Shown in pieces: positions 42,648-52,368 of a stretch of 64,000 nt of DNA. Every line of letters starts with the position of its first letter. Positions within the stretch are counted from its first letter, which is position 1. The position numbers and the translations under genes were made by a program. The DNA comes from Candidatus Obscuribacterales bacterium (lineage in GTDB: Bacteria; Cyanobacteriota; Vampirovibrionia; Obscuribacterales; Obscuribacteraceae), in assembly GCA_965228855.1 (NCBI GenBank), contig CBDDIJ010000005.1, positions 1,536,001 to 1,600,000 of the forward strand. Direction: 5' to 3'. Under the pieces are notes generated by a model. That model made no database searches. It had not been told where the DNA came from and worked only from the letters and a program-made list of their open reading frames with translations.

Positions 42648-44399
42648 TCACGGAGAATTTTCAAGACGTCGCGTCCGTTCAAGAGCCATGCTTCTGTACT
42701 CGGCGAGGTCTTCTTTGTTGGCTTCGTCGTTGCCTCTTCCGACCTGGTGAAACAGCTCTCGGGCAGTTTCAAAGTCACCTAGAGCAGCGGCGGCGTCACC
42801 GGCGGAAATCAGGCAGGCCGCGTTTACAAATTTCAAGTCCGGAAAACTCTTATGGATGGCAAGAAATTTCATATAGGCTTCGCTCGGATCCCCACCTTTC
42901 GACCAGGAACTCAGACATCGCAAAGTGTAATCGTCCATCGGATATCGTTCAAGAATTCTGTCACAGCACTCCATCGACTTACGCGGAGACCGGCTTAAGT
43001 AGAGATGCCGCAATTCGTTGTTAACGGCTTTATCATACGGATTCAAAGTCCTGAAGCTCTCTAGTTTTAATATTTTGGTCTCATCAGAGTCTGTATCTTC
43101 AATCCCCGAAACCTTCATAGCTACCCATCCCAGAGGCTTGTTGCTTTTGAACGCTTCGTTATAGACAGCCAGGACATTTTTATCGGGTGCCAAAAATTTT
43201 CTTCTGATTGGATGCGGCTTGCGCTGCGGATCATCAACCACAGACAGCTTGTCTTCAACTTCATACTTCGAGGCACCCGCGCCTGAAAGATGGCTCAGAT
43301 CAACCTTTCTGTCAGCAATTCGTTGAAGACGCATCGTCTCGTCGGTTTGTAGAAGTCTCATCGAAAGGAAAACAGCCGCAAGCCCGACTACGATGACAGC
43401 CAACGGAGCGAGTATTTTCAACTTTTCGGGACTGCGAGAAGACACCATTTGTGGTGTCACATAAACACCCTGCTTTGGAGAAGGAGAAGTGTCGCTGGAC
43501 GCCTCCTGAACGTTCTCGTCCTGTCCGCTGGCAAAGTAGCCAGCGCAGAATATTTCAAGAGCATTCAACAGCTCGTCTATGGTTTGAAACCTATGCTGTG
43601 CGTCGGTTTCTAAACTGCGAGCTACGATATCGACCAGCTCCTCAGGGAAAACAGCCGCGTCCAGCTTCGGCGCCGGCCGAGTAGTTTTCAAAGTGATTGT
43701 TTCCATCGCGGTATCACCGACAATCGGCGCCCTGCCTACGAGAGACTCGAACATCAAACAACCAAGTGAATAAATATCAGTTCGTTGATCTGCAGGCTGA
43801 CCGAGCGCCTGCTCCGGACTCATATACAGCGGACTTCCCATAACGGCCCCGGGTTTCGTCAGTGTTTCACTGCCGGCAGAATGAGTTTTTGCCAGACCGA
43901 AATCCAAGATCTTGACGAGCGGCTCGTCTGTGTCCAAGCCTGACACAACGATATTGCTGGGCTTGATGTCGCGATGAAAAATGTTGCGACTGTGGGCATG
44001 CGAAAGACCGCGCGCTATTTGAATAAACATTGGAAGCGCCTGCGCAATCCGCAAGCCACGACACTCTCGAATGATCTGATTCAGCGTTTTACCGTGCACG
44101 TATTCGAGCACCATATATGGTTTATTCGAGCCGGTGATACCAAAATCGAGAACAGAAACAATGTTCGGGTGATTGAGGCTGCTTACCAACTGCGCCTCGC
44201 GTTGAAATCTAGTTACGAGTTCGGCATCCGCCCCCGCAAATACCAGCATCTTGATTGCAACTTCTCTTGCAAGATGCGTATCTGTCACGCGAAAAACAGC
44301 TCCCATCCCACCGGAGCCGAGGCAAACCGGATTGGTGAAACGGACCGGAATTTCCGAAGCTATCGCCGCGATACTATCCGCCCGTTGATCTTCATTCAT
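42648..44399 (-). CDS. Hanks-type Ser/Thr protein kinase with TM and TPR-like C-terminus
   Basis: LGSGGMG, VAIK, HRDIKPSN, DFG, YMSPEQ. Confidence 0.93.
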   Translation of the reverse strand: MNEDQRADSIAAIASEIPVRFTNPVCLGSGGMGAVFRVTDTHLAREVAIKMLVFAGADAELVTRFQREAQLVSSLNHPNIVSVLDFGITGSNKPYMVLEYVHGKTLNQIIRECRGLRIAQALPMFIQIARGLSHAHSRNIFHRDIKPSNIVVSGLDTDEPLVKILDFGLAKTHSAGSETLTKPGAVMGSPLYMSPEQALGQPADQRTDIYSLGCLMFESLVGRAPIVGDTAMETITLKTTRPAPKLDAAVFPEELVDIVARSLETDAQHRFQTIDELLNALEIFCAGYFASGQDENVQEASSDTSPSPKQGVYVTPQMVSSRSPEKLKILAPLAVIVVGLAAVFLSMRLLQTDETMRLQRIADRKVDLSHLSGAGASKYEVEDKLSVVDDPQRKPHPIRRKFLAPDKNVLAVYNEAFKSNKPLGWVAMKVSGIEDTDSDETKILKLESFRTLNPYDKAVNNELRHLYLSRSPRKSMECCDRILERYPMDDYTLRCLSSWSKGGDPSEAYMKFLAIHKSFPDLKFVNAACLISAGDAAAALGDFETARELFHQVGRGNDEANKEDLAEYRSMALERTRRLENSP

Positions 44400-45430
44400 T
44401 CACAACACCCGTCTTCGCCCGTACACCGCTGGCGATACCAGTCCGATGCAAGCGCCAGACCACGCGGAAGGTCTACAAGCGGTTTCCAGCCCAGACGGTT
44501 CGTCAAGTGTTGCGAGCTGAGGTATTGTTTTTGTATCTCGAACTTGGCGGTGTCTTTTATTACCGGCTCCGCAGCCTCGACCCCGGCAGCCTCCTGAACT
44601 TTACGAACGATTTCGAGAACGGACATATGCTCACCGCCGCTAACGTTGAACGCCTCTCCGCTCTCGATCTCACGGGACATTAATGCACCGCCGATGGTGA
44701 TAAACGCCTCCGCTGCATCCTCGACATAAAGATAATCGCGCACAAGCGTTCCGTCACTGCGAATGACAGGTCGCTCACCAGCGAAACAATGCTTGAACGT
44801 CCCGGGCACAATCCGGCTCCAGTTCAAATCGCCCGCACCATAAAGATTGCCGCAACGCACAATGGCAATCGGCAAGTCGTATGTCGCCGCATAACTCTGC
44901 GCAATCAAATCCGCGCAACTCTTCGAAGCATCATACGGATACCGCCCTTGCAAGGGCGTAGACTCGAGATAAGGCAAATCATCGTGCGCGCCATACGCCT
45001 TATCGCTGGACGCCACCACGACGCCCCGGAGCGCCTTAGAGGTGCCATGCAACTGACGCGCCACTTCGAGAACATTCGCCGTTCCCATGACGTTCGTCGC
45101 GATAGTCTCGAGCGGTTTCTTCATGGCCTCGCCGACCAGAGATTGGGCGGCGAGATGAAAGACGAATTGCACTTCGCTCTGTTCGATCGCAGCAGCGAGT
45201 TCTTCAATGTTTTCGACGTCCACAAAAACAGGCTCAAGCTTTTCCGGGTCGATGTCGTGAATGCGAGAATCGAGATCGAAGTGCAAGTCAGCGCCAAGAA
45301 CCTGAGCACCGGCGACGACCAGGCGCTCGCACAGCCACGGTCCCAGAAAGCCGCTGCAGCCAGTCACTAATACCTTGATTCCATCAAACATTACAGACCT
45401 TGATGTATTGCAAAAATTCTCGGTCGCCAC
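44396..45430 (-). CDS. NAD-dependent nucleotide-sugar dehydratase/epimerase (CDP-glucose 4,6-dehydratase-like)
   Basis: TGCSGFLG, HLAAQ, SSDKAYG, YDASK, RCGNLYG, RDYLYV; start may be 45391. Confidence 0.9.
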   Translation of the reverse strand: MATENFCNTSRSVMFDGIKVLVTGCSGFLGPWLCERLVVAGAQVLGADLHFDLDSRIHDIDPEKLEPVFVDVENIEELAAAIEQSEVQFVFHLAAQSLVGEAMKKPLETIATNVMGTANVLEVARQLHGTSKALRGVVVASSDKAYGAHDDLPYLESTPLQGRYPYDASKSCADLIAQSYAATYDLPIAIVRCGNLYGAGDLNWSRIVPGTFKHCFAGERPVIRSDGTLVRDYLYVEDAAEAFITIGGALMSREIESGEAFNVSGGEHMSVLEIVRKVQEAAGVEAAEPVIKDTAKFEIQKQYLSSQHLTNRLGWKPLVDLPRGLALASDWYRQRCTGEDGCCE

Positions 45431-45647
45431 TTCAACAAACTACAGATTAAAACAGAAAATCACAGCCGTTAAGCGATATTGATTCCACGACTTGTGGAAG
45501 AGTAACATCTCGTGAAACCCCGTAAACATCGCCCTCCAAGCGAAAGCGGAAACATTGCGAACTGAGCAATATTCATGCTAATTGCGCGAGCGCAGTTAGA
45601 TAAAATCCCCGTCTTCGCGACACAGGATTCTTTACGATGATAGTTGT

Positions 45648-45719
45648 TTACAGACTGACAAAACAACCAGCAGCAGTGATAGCGTAGGTGTCAGCCTCTG
45701 GACGGAACCAATTGGGCAT
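45648..45719 (-). CDS. Candidate 23-aa small peptide MPNWFRPEADTYAITAAGCFVSL
   Basis: GGAGG Shine-Dalgarno 7 nt upstream of the ATG, embedded in a predicted structure; too short for the ORF track. Confidence 0.35.
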   Translation of the reverse strand: MPNWFRPEADTYAITAAGCFVSL

Positions 45720-45837
45720 TGGCACTCCTCCGCTTGCTCGATCAGAGTGGGATCATTTCGAGCAACAAGTCCAGAGGCAACCTTTCTATTTTATTCCACT
45801 TTGTTCATTACGCATATACAAATGCGTATAAGGTGGA
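45686..45837. ncRNA. Candidate structured RNA element (multibranch stem plus adjacent hairpin)
   Basis: gcctctggac/gtccagaggc closing stem; inner ttgctcga/tcgagcaa and ccaat/attgg stems; second hairpin tccac..tacgcat/atgcgta..gtgga. Confidence 0.45.
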
Positions 45838-45954
45838 CTACAAAGGCTGAAAAACGGGCGCCGGTGAGGGCAACGAATTTCAGAATTAAGGTTCGGAAGC
45901 CGCTTGTCATCCCGATTTTCGACTGCTTTCTGAAATCCAGCTCACCCTGAATTA

Positions 45955-47247
45955 TCAATTCTGCTGGTGGCTTGCTGTCTCGCGCTCCAGTGCTTCGTTG
46001 AAATCTTCGACGGTTTCGACATTGATGGGCGATTCAGGTTCTGCTCCAAAGACGCCCTCCCAGCGGGCGATCACTGCAGAAGCCAGACAATTCCCAAGCA
46101 CGTTCACGGAAGTGCGAGCCATATCCATGAGTGTATCAACGCCCAGTATGAGGGCGATTCCGGCGAGTGGTAAGTTGAACGAAGCGAGCGTTCCAGCGAG
46201 AATCACGAGTGATGCGCGCGGCACTGCAGCTACGCCTTTGCTCGTCAGCATGAGCGTTAAGAGCATCAGAAGCTGTTGTTGAATCGGCATGTCCACTCCC
46301 GCCGCTTGAGCTACGAACATCGCGGCGAGCGAGAGATAGAGAGTCGTTCCATCGAGGTTGAACGTATAGCCTAGCGGTAGAACAAAACTGACGATACTGC
46401 GAGGAACGCCAATTTTCTGCATCGCAATAAGCGCTTTGGGCAGCGCCGCTTCGGAACTGGTCGTAGAAAATGCGATGAGAAACGGCTCACGAACGGCACC
46501 GGCAAATTTCTTCAGCGGAATACGGGCGAACATCGCGATCGGAAGGAGCACAGCACAGATGAATATCACCAGCGCGAGATAGAGCGTCCCCACGAGCTTT
46601 CCGAGCGACATGAGCACCGTGAGACCGTGCTCGGCAACTGTCGCGGCCATGGCACAGGCAACCCCCAGTGGCGCGATTTTCATCACGTATTCGGTGTACT
46701 TGAACATCACATCTGCCAGCGATTTAGCAAACTCAACCACCGGATCAGCTTTCACAGCAGCAGCAGCCACGGCAAATATCAGTGTGAACACGACGATCTG
46801 GAGAACATCGCCGCGAGCCATCGAGTCGACTACGCTGGTCGGAAAGATGTGTGTGATGAGCTCGGTGCTCTGGGGCTGTTTCTGCAAGAAGGCTTCGCCG
46901 GTGGAGGCGGCTGTAGCCGCGAGGTTGACACCGGCTCCCGGCTTCGCAATATTGACGACCAACAATCCGATACCCAGGGCGAACGTGGTAACCACTTCAA
47001 AATAGACGAGTGATTTGAACCCCAGACGACCAACGTGATGAGCACTGCCACTGCCTGCGATACCAACCACGAGTGTCGCAAAAATCAAGGGAGCGATAAT
47101 GGTTTTGATCAAATGCAGAAAAATCGTGGCGCCAGCGCCGAACCATTTGGCGGGCTCTGGATTGACCGCGACAGGACAGAGGTAACCGATCAAGATGCCC
47201 AGCACTAGACCGATGAATATTTGAACTGTCAGGCTCGGCATTTTCAT
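45955..47247 (-). CDS. Dicarboxylate/amino acid:cation symporter (GltP/DctA family)
   Basis: AFSTTSSEAALP, GYTFNLDGT, SKGVAAVP, DMART..NV.GN. Confidence 0.93.
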   Translation of the reverse strand: MKMPSLTVQIFIGLVLGILIGYLCPVAVNPEPAKWFGAGATIFLHLIKTIIAPLIFATLVVGIAGSGSAHHVGRLGFKSLVYFEVVTTFALGIGLLVVNIAKPGAGVNLAATAASTGEAFLQKQPQSTELITHIFPTSVVDSMARGDVLQIVVFTLIFAVAAAAVKADPVVEFAKSLADVMFKYTEYVMKIAPLGVACAMAATVAEHGLTVLMSLGKLVGTLYLALVIFICAVLLPIAMFARIPLKKFAGAVREPFLIAFSTTSSEAALPKALIAMQKIGVPRSIVSFVLPLGYTFNLDGTTLYLSLAAMFVAQAAGVDMPIQQQLLMLLTLMLTSKGVAAVPRASLVILAGTLASFNLPLAGIALILGVDTLMDMARTSVNVLGNCLASAVIARWEGVFGAEPESPINVETVEDFNEALERETASHQQN

Positions 47248-47254
47248 GATGGTT

Positions 47255-48610
47255 TTATTGCCCTTCCTCGACGACGGCACCTTCCGTGGTGCTCACCGCT
47301 CGATCGTTGCCGGAATCTTTTCCAGTCTTAGGATTTGCAGAGGCTGAATCGCTCGAACTTTTGGGATCTTTGATGCTTACCTCGGCAGAGTCGCTCGAAT
47401 TCGTTGTTTCTTTGATGCTCACGGTCGCCGAGCTGCCGTCCTTTGCATCGTCGGTATCGCTGGCGGGAGGCTTACTTCCGGAGACCGGTGCAGCATCCGC
47501 AGGTTTGTTGAGAGCGACGCCGTATGCTTGAAGGGTTTCTCTGATCTTGGGAAGAAGCGCTTTTGCGGCTTCCTCGCCTGCCTTCACGCCCTTGCGCGCA
47601 TCCTTCTTGCTTCGCGAAATCAAACTGATACCAGCCGTATCAGGATGGATAGTGACATCTGCGATTTCAGCCTGCGCTTTGTCCATCGAGTACAGATCCC
47701 AGTCCAGCATCCACTGCGCTACTGAACCCACTTTGCGAAACGCATTCTTGTCGTGGTCCGAAAACGGATGGTCGATATTTACAGCGATTACTATATCAGC
47801 GCCCATCTCGCGAGCCTGTTTAACTGGCAGGTTACAAATTACGCCGCCGTCAACGAACAGTTTATCGCCGATTTCGACTGGCTTACGAAGACTAGGCACA
47901 GCAGTGCTGGCCTGCATTGCGTAACCAAGATTTCCCCGCTGAATCATGTACGGTTTGCCGTCTAACAGGTTGAGCGAAACAGCTGAAAACGGCACGTTCA
48001 GCTTCTCTATATCAATCTGATGTACCGTGATGTCCTTTTTCACGTAGTTGCGAAATTTATTGCCTTTATACAAACCATCGTAGGCTTTCGAGCCCAGAAG
48101 GCGCGGGACAAACATAACCGGCGCTACCGCGATGCGGACCGTGAGTGGTACGGTCATGAAGTTGCGCATCAATTTCCCCGACTCAAAAGCATCTTCCATT
48201 TGATCGAGCGAGACTCCGGCGGCGTAAAGCCCACCGACCACAGAGCCAATGCTTGTTCCTGTGATGATATCGAATTTGATACCCTCTTTCTCGAGCACTT
48301 TCAGAACTCCGACATGAGCAGCGCCTCGAGCGCCGCCGCCACCGAGAGCCAGCCCAATCTTGAGCTTATCGCCGGTGGGACGCTCACGCTTTTTGAATGC
48401 GTAAATGTCGTAACTGTCAGCCGGCGAGGTTGGAACCAAACCTGCAGATGACTGCCCCGTATGAGTTGCGTTAATTTTCAATTCTTCAGCGGCATCGCCT
48501 CGGATGATAGTTTCGGCAGCCAGCACCACATCGGCGAAGCATGTGCCGGCAGCTATTGCCAAAGTTCCAGCTACCAGCAAGCCTTTTTTCGTAGGCGAAA
48601 TTGCGCGCAT
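47255..48610 (-). CDS. Patatin-like phospholipase, exported
   Basis: GGGGARG, GTSIG (GxSxG), DGG; Ser/Asp-rich repetitive tail. Confidence 0.92.
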   Translation of the reverse strand: MRAISPTKKGLLVAGTLAIAAGTCFADVVLAAETIIRGDAAEELKINATHTGQSSAGLVPTSPADSYDIYAFKKRERPTGDKLKIGLALGGGGARGAAHVGVLKVLEKEGIKFDIITGTSIGSVVGGLYAAGVSLDQMEDAFESGKLMRNFMTVPLTVRIAVAPVMFVPRLLGSKAYDGLYKGNKFRNYVKKDITVHQIDIEKLNVPFSAVSLNLLDGKPYMIQRGNLGYAMQASTAVPSLRKPVEIGDKLFVDGGVICNLPVKQAREMGADIVIAVNIDHPFSDHDKNAFRKVGSVAQWMLDWDLYSMDKAQAEIADVTIHPDTAGISLISRSKKDARKGVKAGEEAAKALLPKIRETLQAYGVALNKPADAAPVSGSKPPASDTDDAKDGSSATVSIKETTNSSDSAEVSIKDPKSSSDSASANPKTGKDSGNDRAVSTTEGAVVEEGQ

Positions 48611-48812
48611 TTACTAAGTCCCCCTTGGACCGCGGACCGATTAACCGATCGTGATCCTATCCAACATTCATACATAGATACCTTAACAACTGCTGATGAT
48701 TCAATCGACCGCTCCATCGGATTGATTGGAATACAACTTGTCAAGGCAGTAAAATTCGCTCGTTTAGCGGATAATCACGGTCGTCGGAAACAAACACAAC
48801 TATCGAATTTCT

Positions 48813-49898
48813 ATGAAACATATAACTTCAATCATCGCAGCATCTGCGTTAGCACTATCCTCATCACTTACCGTTCAACCGGCCTTCAGCGGCGAGATCA
48901 CAATCCCAAGCCAGATGAACGAGGTCGTGAAACCTGAGCTCGCGGCAAAATATACCTATATCGAAAACGGGGAATACACAAAAGCCCTTGGTTTTCCCAC
49001 ATACGAGTGGCTTCCAACTGATACAAAACCGAAAGCAATCATCCTAGGAATTCACGGACTCACGTTGCACGGTCGTCGATACCGCACACTGGCGCGCACC
49101 TTAGCGGTTTCAGATTACGCTTTTGTCGCTTTGGACATGCGCGGTTTTGGTTCGTGCCGTTTTGACGACAACAATCAATTCAGCACCCCGACTGACAATC
49201 GCAAAGAAATCGCTCATGAAAAAAGTTACGGCGATATCGTCAAACTTGCGCAAATGATTCGTGAAAAATATCCTGACACGCCGATTCTGGCTCTGGGAGA
49301 GAGCTTGGGATGCACGTTCTGTGTAAAACTTGCAGGCGAGCACAAGGATCTTGTTGACGGCTTGATACTCTCAGCGCCGGCGATCCGCATCAATCCAGCG
49401 ATGTATGCATCACCAACTGATATAAAAGAAGGTTTTGCCGCCTTGCTCAAACGCGGTCATAAAGTCAGCCTCAAACAATTTATCACCCACCTGGTGTCTA
49501 CTCGACAAGACGTCGCGCAAGAGATGATGGACGATCCGCTGATTCTAAAACAGATTCGAATCAAGGATTTGCTGGCGACTGATCTTTTCTGCGACAAGAC
49601 TGCCGGCTTCGGCAAGACCGTGGCACCAAACATTCCCGTTCTCATTCTCCAGGCAGGCGGCGACAAATGTGTCTCGCCGGAAGCTGTTACGCGTTTGATG
49701 GCGAATATGCCATCTTCCAATCAGACACTATCCTGGATGGGTTCATGGGGACACCTGCAGCTTGAAACTTCCTACATGCGCGGAAAAGTAATCGACACAG
49801 TCGGCGATTGGATCGAGAACCGCACCAAAGACGCTTGTGCGGAACTCACCGCTCTGGAGCAGGACATCGACGACCTCGGCGGCACACTCGTCGAATAG
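48813..49898 (+). CDS. Alpha/beta hydrolase (lysophospholipase-like), exported
   Basis: Signal peptide, HGL, DMRGFG, GESLG nucleophile elbow, catalytic D and H. Confidence 0.88.
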   Translation: MKHITSIIAASALALSSSLTVQPAFSGEITIPSQMNEVVKPELAAKYTYIENGEYTKALGFPTYEWLPTDTKPKAIILGIHGLTLHGRRYRTLARTLAVSDYAFVALDMRGFGSCRFDDNNQFSTPTDNRKEIAHEKSYGDIVKLAQMIREKYPDTPILALGESLGCTFCVKLAGEHKDLVDGLILSAPAIRINPAMYASPTDIKEGFAALLKRGHKVSLKQFITHLVSTRQDVAQEMMDDPLILKQIRIKDLLATDLFCDKTAGFGKTVAPNIPVLILQAGGDKCVSPEAVTRLMANMPSSNQTLSWMGSWGHLQLETSYMRGKVIDTVGDWIENRTKDACAELTALEQDIDDLGGTLVE

Positions 49899-49920
49899 CG
49901 AGTACGGTATCAATGTGACT

Positions 49921-50056
49921 TCTCGGTGTGGAACTCTCGATAGACAGTCTCGAAGTAACGCTCTCGGTGTGGAACCTCGATAGACAGCCTCTCTGTGCCG
50001 CTCTCGGTGTGGAACTCTCGACGTGAGGCAACTCACGCCGGTGTGGCAACTGGACG
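49921..50056. repeat. Intergenic mini-array of about 40-nt units (tctcggtgtggaac core)
   Basis: Copies start at 49921, 49962, 50002 and (degenerate) 50038, with variable tails. Confidence 0.8.
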
Positions 50057-50064
50057 CGTCACGA

Positions 50065-52044
50065 TTACTGGTTTTTCCTGACGAAAATGACTGCAGATTT
50101 TTCACGGTAGACTTCCTGCCAGTCCGCGCTCTGCGAAAGTTCTTTCACCAGATTCGCTTTGGTTGGCAAGAAAACCCAGTCGAATTTGTATCGCTCAAAC
50201 AGCTGTTGCCAACCCGGTTTCGCATTGCGCATTACGTAGTAATCGCCGACGAGTGGCGCGCCGTACATGTCGAAACGCGTGTCGATAAAAACTTTGGGCT
50301 TCGTTTCTACAATCTCAGGCTTGTACGGATCCTGGGCGAGAAGAGGCTTTTCCTGGGCGATTAAATACCAGATCATCATGTCGCCTAACTGCGCGTCGTT
50401 GAAAACTTTTCCAACGGGAAGCTCTTTCGAGAGAAAACGCATCGCGTCGAATGGCGCGGGAAACGCGCCACTGCCTTGAGGAATCGTCGGATCTACCACT
50501 CTCGTCGATATCATAAAGACGCCGAACAATGATAGCGCGAGAAGAATTCCAGGCCACGAGCCGTAGTTGAGCATGCCTGTGACTCTCGCATTCATGGAAG
50601 GCGTATCGGCGGGTGCAGGCGCGACGGCATGCTCTACGGAACTGGGCTGGCTCGCAGGCGCGACTGCATCCTGTGCGGAACTTGACTCGCTCGCAGGCGC
50701 GACCGCATCCTGTGCGGAACTTGACTCGCTCGCAGGCGCGACCGCATCCTGTGCGGAACTTGACTCGCTCGCAGGCGCGAGTGCATCCTGTGCGGAACTT
50801 GACTCGCTCTCAGGCGCGAGTGCGGAGAGGGCATTCTCGCCGACGGCTGAATCGGTTTTACCCGGAGAGAATCTCGTGTGCCCTTTCAGTAGCCACGCCA
50901 CCTCAGTCAGGAGGAAAACCACTACGAACGGGATCAATCGCATGCAGCAAATCGCCGCGATGAGAACGCCGATAATTGACGCAACGGAAAACGACCAACC
51001 AATCGGGAACTTACCGTTCTTCCGCCAGACACCGACGGCCTTTGCGAGCACCACCAGTACTACCAGTGCAAATAGGAAGAACGGGTAAAATGTCCATTCG
51101 GTAAGGTGAGAAAGCTTAATGGAACTGAGTTCGTTAATGTATCTATTAAGCGGCGAGAAAAATAGCTCTGGAACGTACGCCCACAATCGGGGACCAAACG
51201 GATTGATCATCGACGCTGCGATTAGGCTGAAAAACAGGATCCATGGCAGAACAACGGCCTTCTTTTTGACCAGCGGACGACTAAAAGCTTCAATCGTAGA
51301 TGTCACACAGAAGATCGAGAGTGTTATAAACGCTGACATAAAGCCAGTATGCATGTTCGCCCAAACAACCATCAGCAACGCAGGTTTGAAAAGCAGTTTC
51401 AAATCTGCTTTCTGAAACTCTTCGTTATTCTCGACGGCGAGCCGAAATCGAATGGTCAAGCCGAGCATGACAAGGAAAAACAGATAGGAGAATATTTCAG
51501 GGCGCGCAAGAAAGTGGAAAGAAGCCGCCACCACTCCCAGTATCACCAGACATACGGCGGGCAACATCGGGGCACGCAGAGAACGGAAGAACATCAGCGG
51601 GCCGACAAGGAGCGCCGTAACTAAAACGCAGTCAACGAGAGTGAGTAGCGCGTAGCCAGCGCCGACCTTGTACGCGAGATAGAAAACCAGTTCCGTCAGC
51701 CACTGGTAGGGAACGAACAAACGCGGAGAGCCCGTAGACGTACCGGATGACAACGCAGCGAAATCAACCGCGCCACCACCAGCGGTGAGGGCAGAAAGTG
51801 TGTATGAGAACGGATCCACGGAAGGAACCGAACCGGTTTCGAAAACGTACTTGCCCATCGCAAGTAACCAGCAGGTATCCGGGTCGTGGAGCCCTGCTCC
51901 CGCGACCCAGCAGCCCATAAAAAAGGCAAAGAAGAACAAAAAGCCGATCAGGAATCGGGCACCTAGAGCGGAAATCCACCCTTGCAAAATATTGTTTGAC
52001 TTTTGCTCGCTCACCAGGCCATCCGCTTTGCGCGTCAGAAGCAT
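50065..52044 (-). CDS. Polytopic membrane protein, GT-C-like
   Basis: DPDTCWLLAMG, DPFS, YQWL, RPEIFS, WANMH.GF, INPFG, FIDTRFDMYG. Confidence 0.75.
   Translation of the reverse strand: MLLTRKADGLVSEQKSNNILQGWISALGARFLIGFLFFFAFFMGCWVAGAGLHDPDTCWLLAMGKYVFETGSVPSVDPFSYTLSALTAGGGAVDFAALSSGTSTGSPRLFVPYQWLTELVFYLAYKVGAGYALLTLVDCVLVTALLVGPLMFFRSLRAPMLPAVCLVILGVVAASFHFLARPEIFSYLFFLVMLGLTIRFRLAVENNEEFQKADLKLLFKPALLMVVWANMHTGFMSAFITLSIFCVTSTIEAFSRPLVKKKAVVLPWILFFSLIAASMINPFGPRLWAYVPELFFSPLNRYINELSSIKLSHLTEWTFYPFFLFALVVLVVLAKAVGVWRKNGKFPIGWSFSVASIIGVLIAAICCMRLIPFVVVFLLTEVAWLLKGHTRFSPGKTDSAVGENALSALAPESESSSAQDALAPASESSSAQDAVAPASESSSAQDAVAPASESSSAQDAVAPASQPSSVEHAVAPAPADTPSMNARVTGMLNYGSWPGILLALSLFGVFMISTRVVDPTIPQGSGAFPAPFDAMRFLSKELPVGKVFNDAQLGDMMIWYLIAQEKPLLAQDPYKPEIVETKPKVFIDTRFDMYGAPLVGDYYVMRNAKPGWQQLFERYKFDWVFLPTKANLVKELSQSADWQEVYREKSAVIFVRKNQ
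50612..50825. repeat. 39-nt tandem repeat (4 near-identical plus degenerate copies) encoding APASESSSAQDAV
   Basis: ctcgcaggcgcgaccgcatcctgtgcggaacttgactcg units starting at 50651, 50690, 50729 and 50768. Confidence 0.92.
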
Positions 52045-52098
52045 AATACCCTAGTGACAATCTCCACTAACCTTTTCAGACCTGCAGAAGGTTGGATG

Positions 52099-52195
52099 TA
52101 AACCTGTGGAATGTGCGCTTTAAACTGTGGAAGGCGCACTTTGAACTGTGGTTGAAACTGCGGTAGGCGCGCTCTAAACTGCGGAGGGCGCGCAT
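52099..52195. repeat. Imperfect about 21-nt intergenic repeats (AAACTGYGG..GGCGCRC)
   Basis: aaacctgtggaatgtgcgct, aaactgtggaaggcgcact, gaactgtgg, aaactgcggtaggcgcgct, aaactgcggagggcgcgca. Confidence 0.7.
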
Positions 52196-52368
52196 TGAAG
52201 AAAAGCAAAGACAATTGCTGCACCTTTTCGAATACTTGCTGGATAGGGCAGAAAACGTCAAGACCTTGATTAAATCCGCAGTTTCTCGAAATGAGCCGGC
52301 TCTTGCATTGAAATCTCGCGGGTCTATAATCGAATTGCGACGGGTAACTGATCTGCTGCGAGGCGTAC

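Noticed and set aside
49921..50056. Calling the mini-array a CRISPR
   Set aside because: Variable segments are only about 13-16 nt, repeats are degenerate, and there is no leader or cas gene; kept only as an unexplained repeat.
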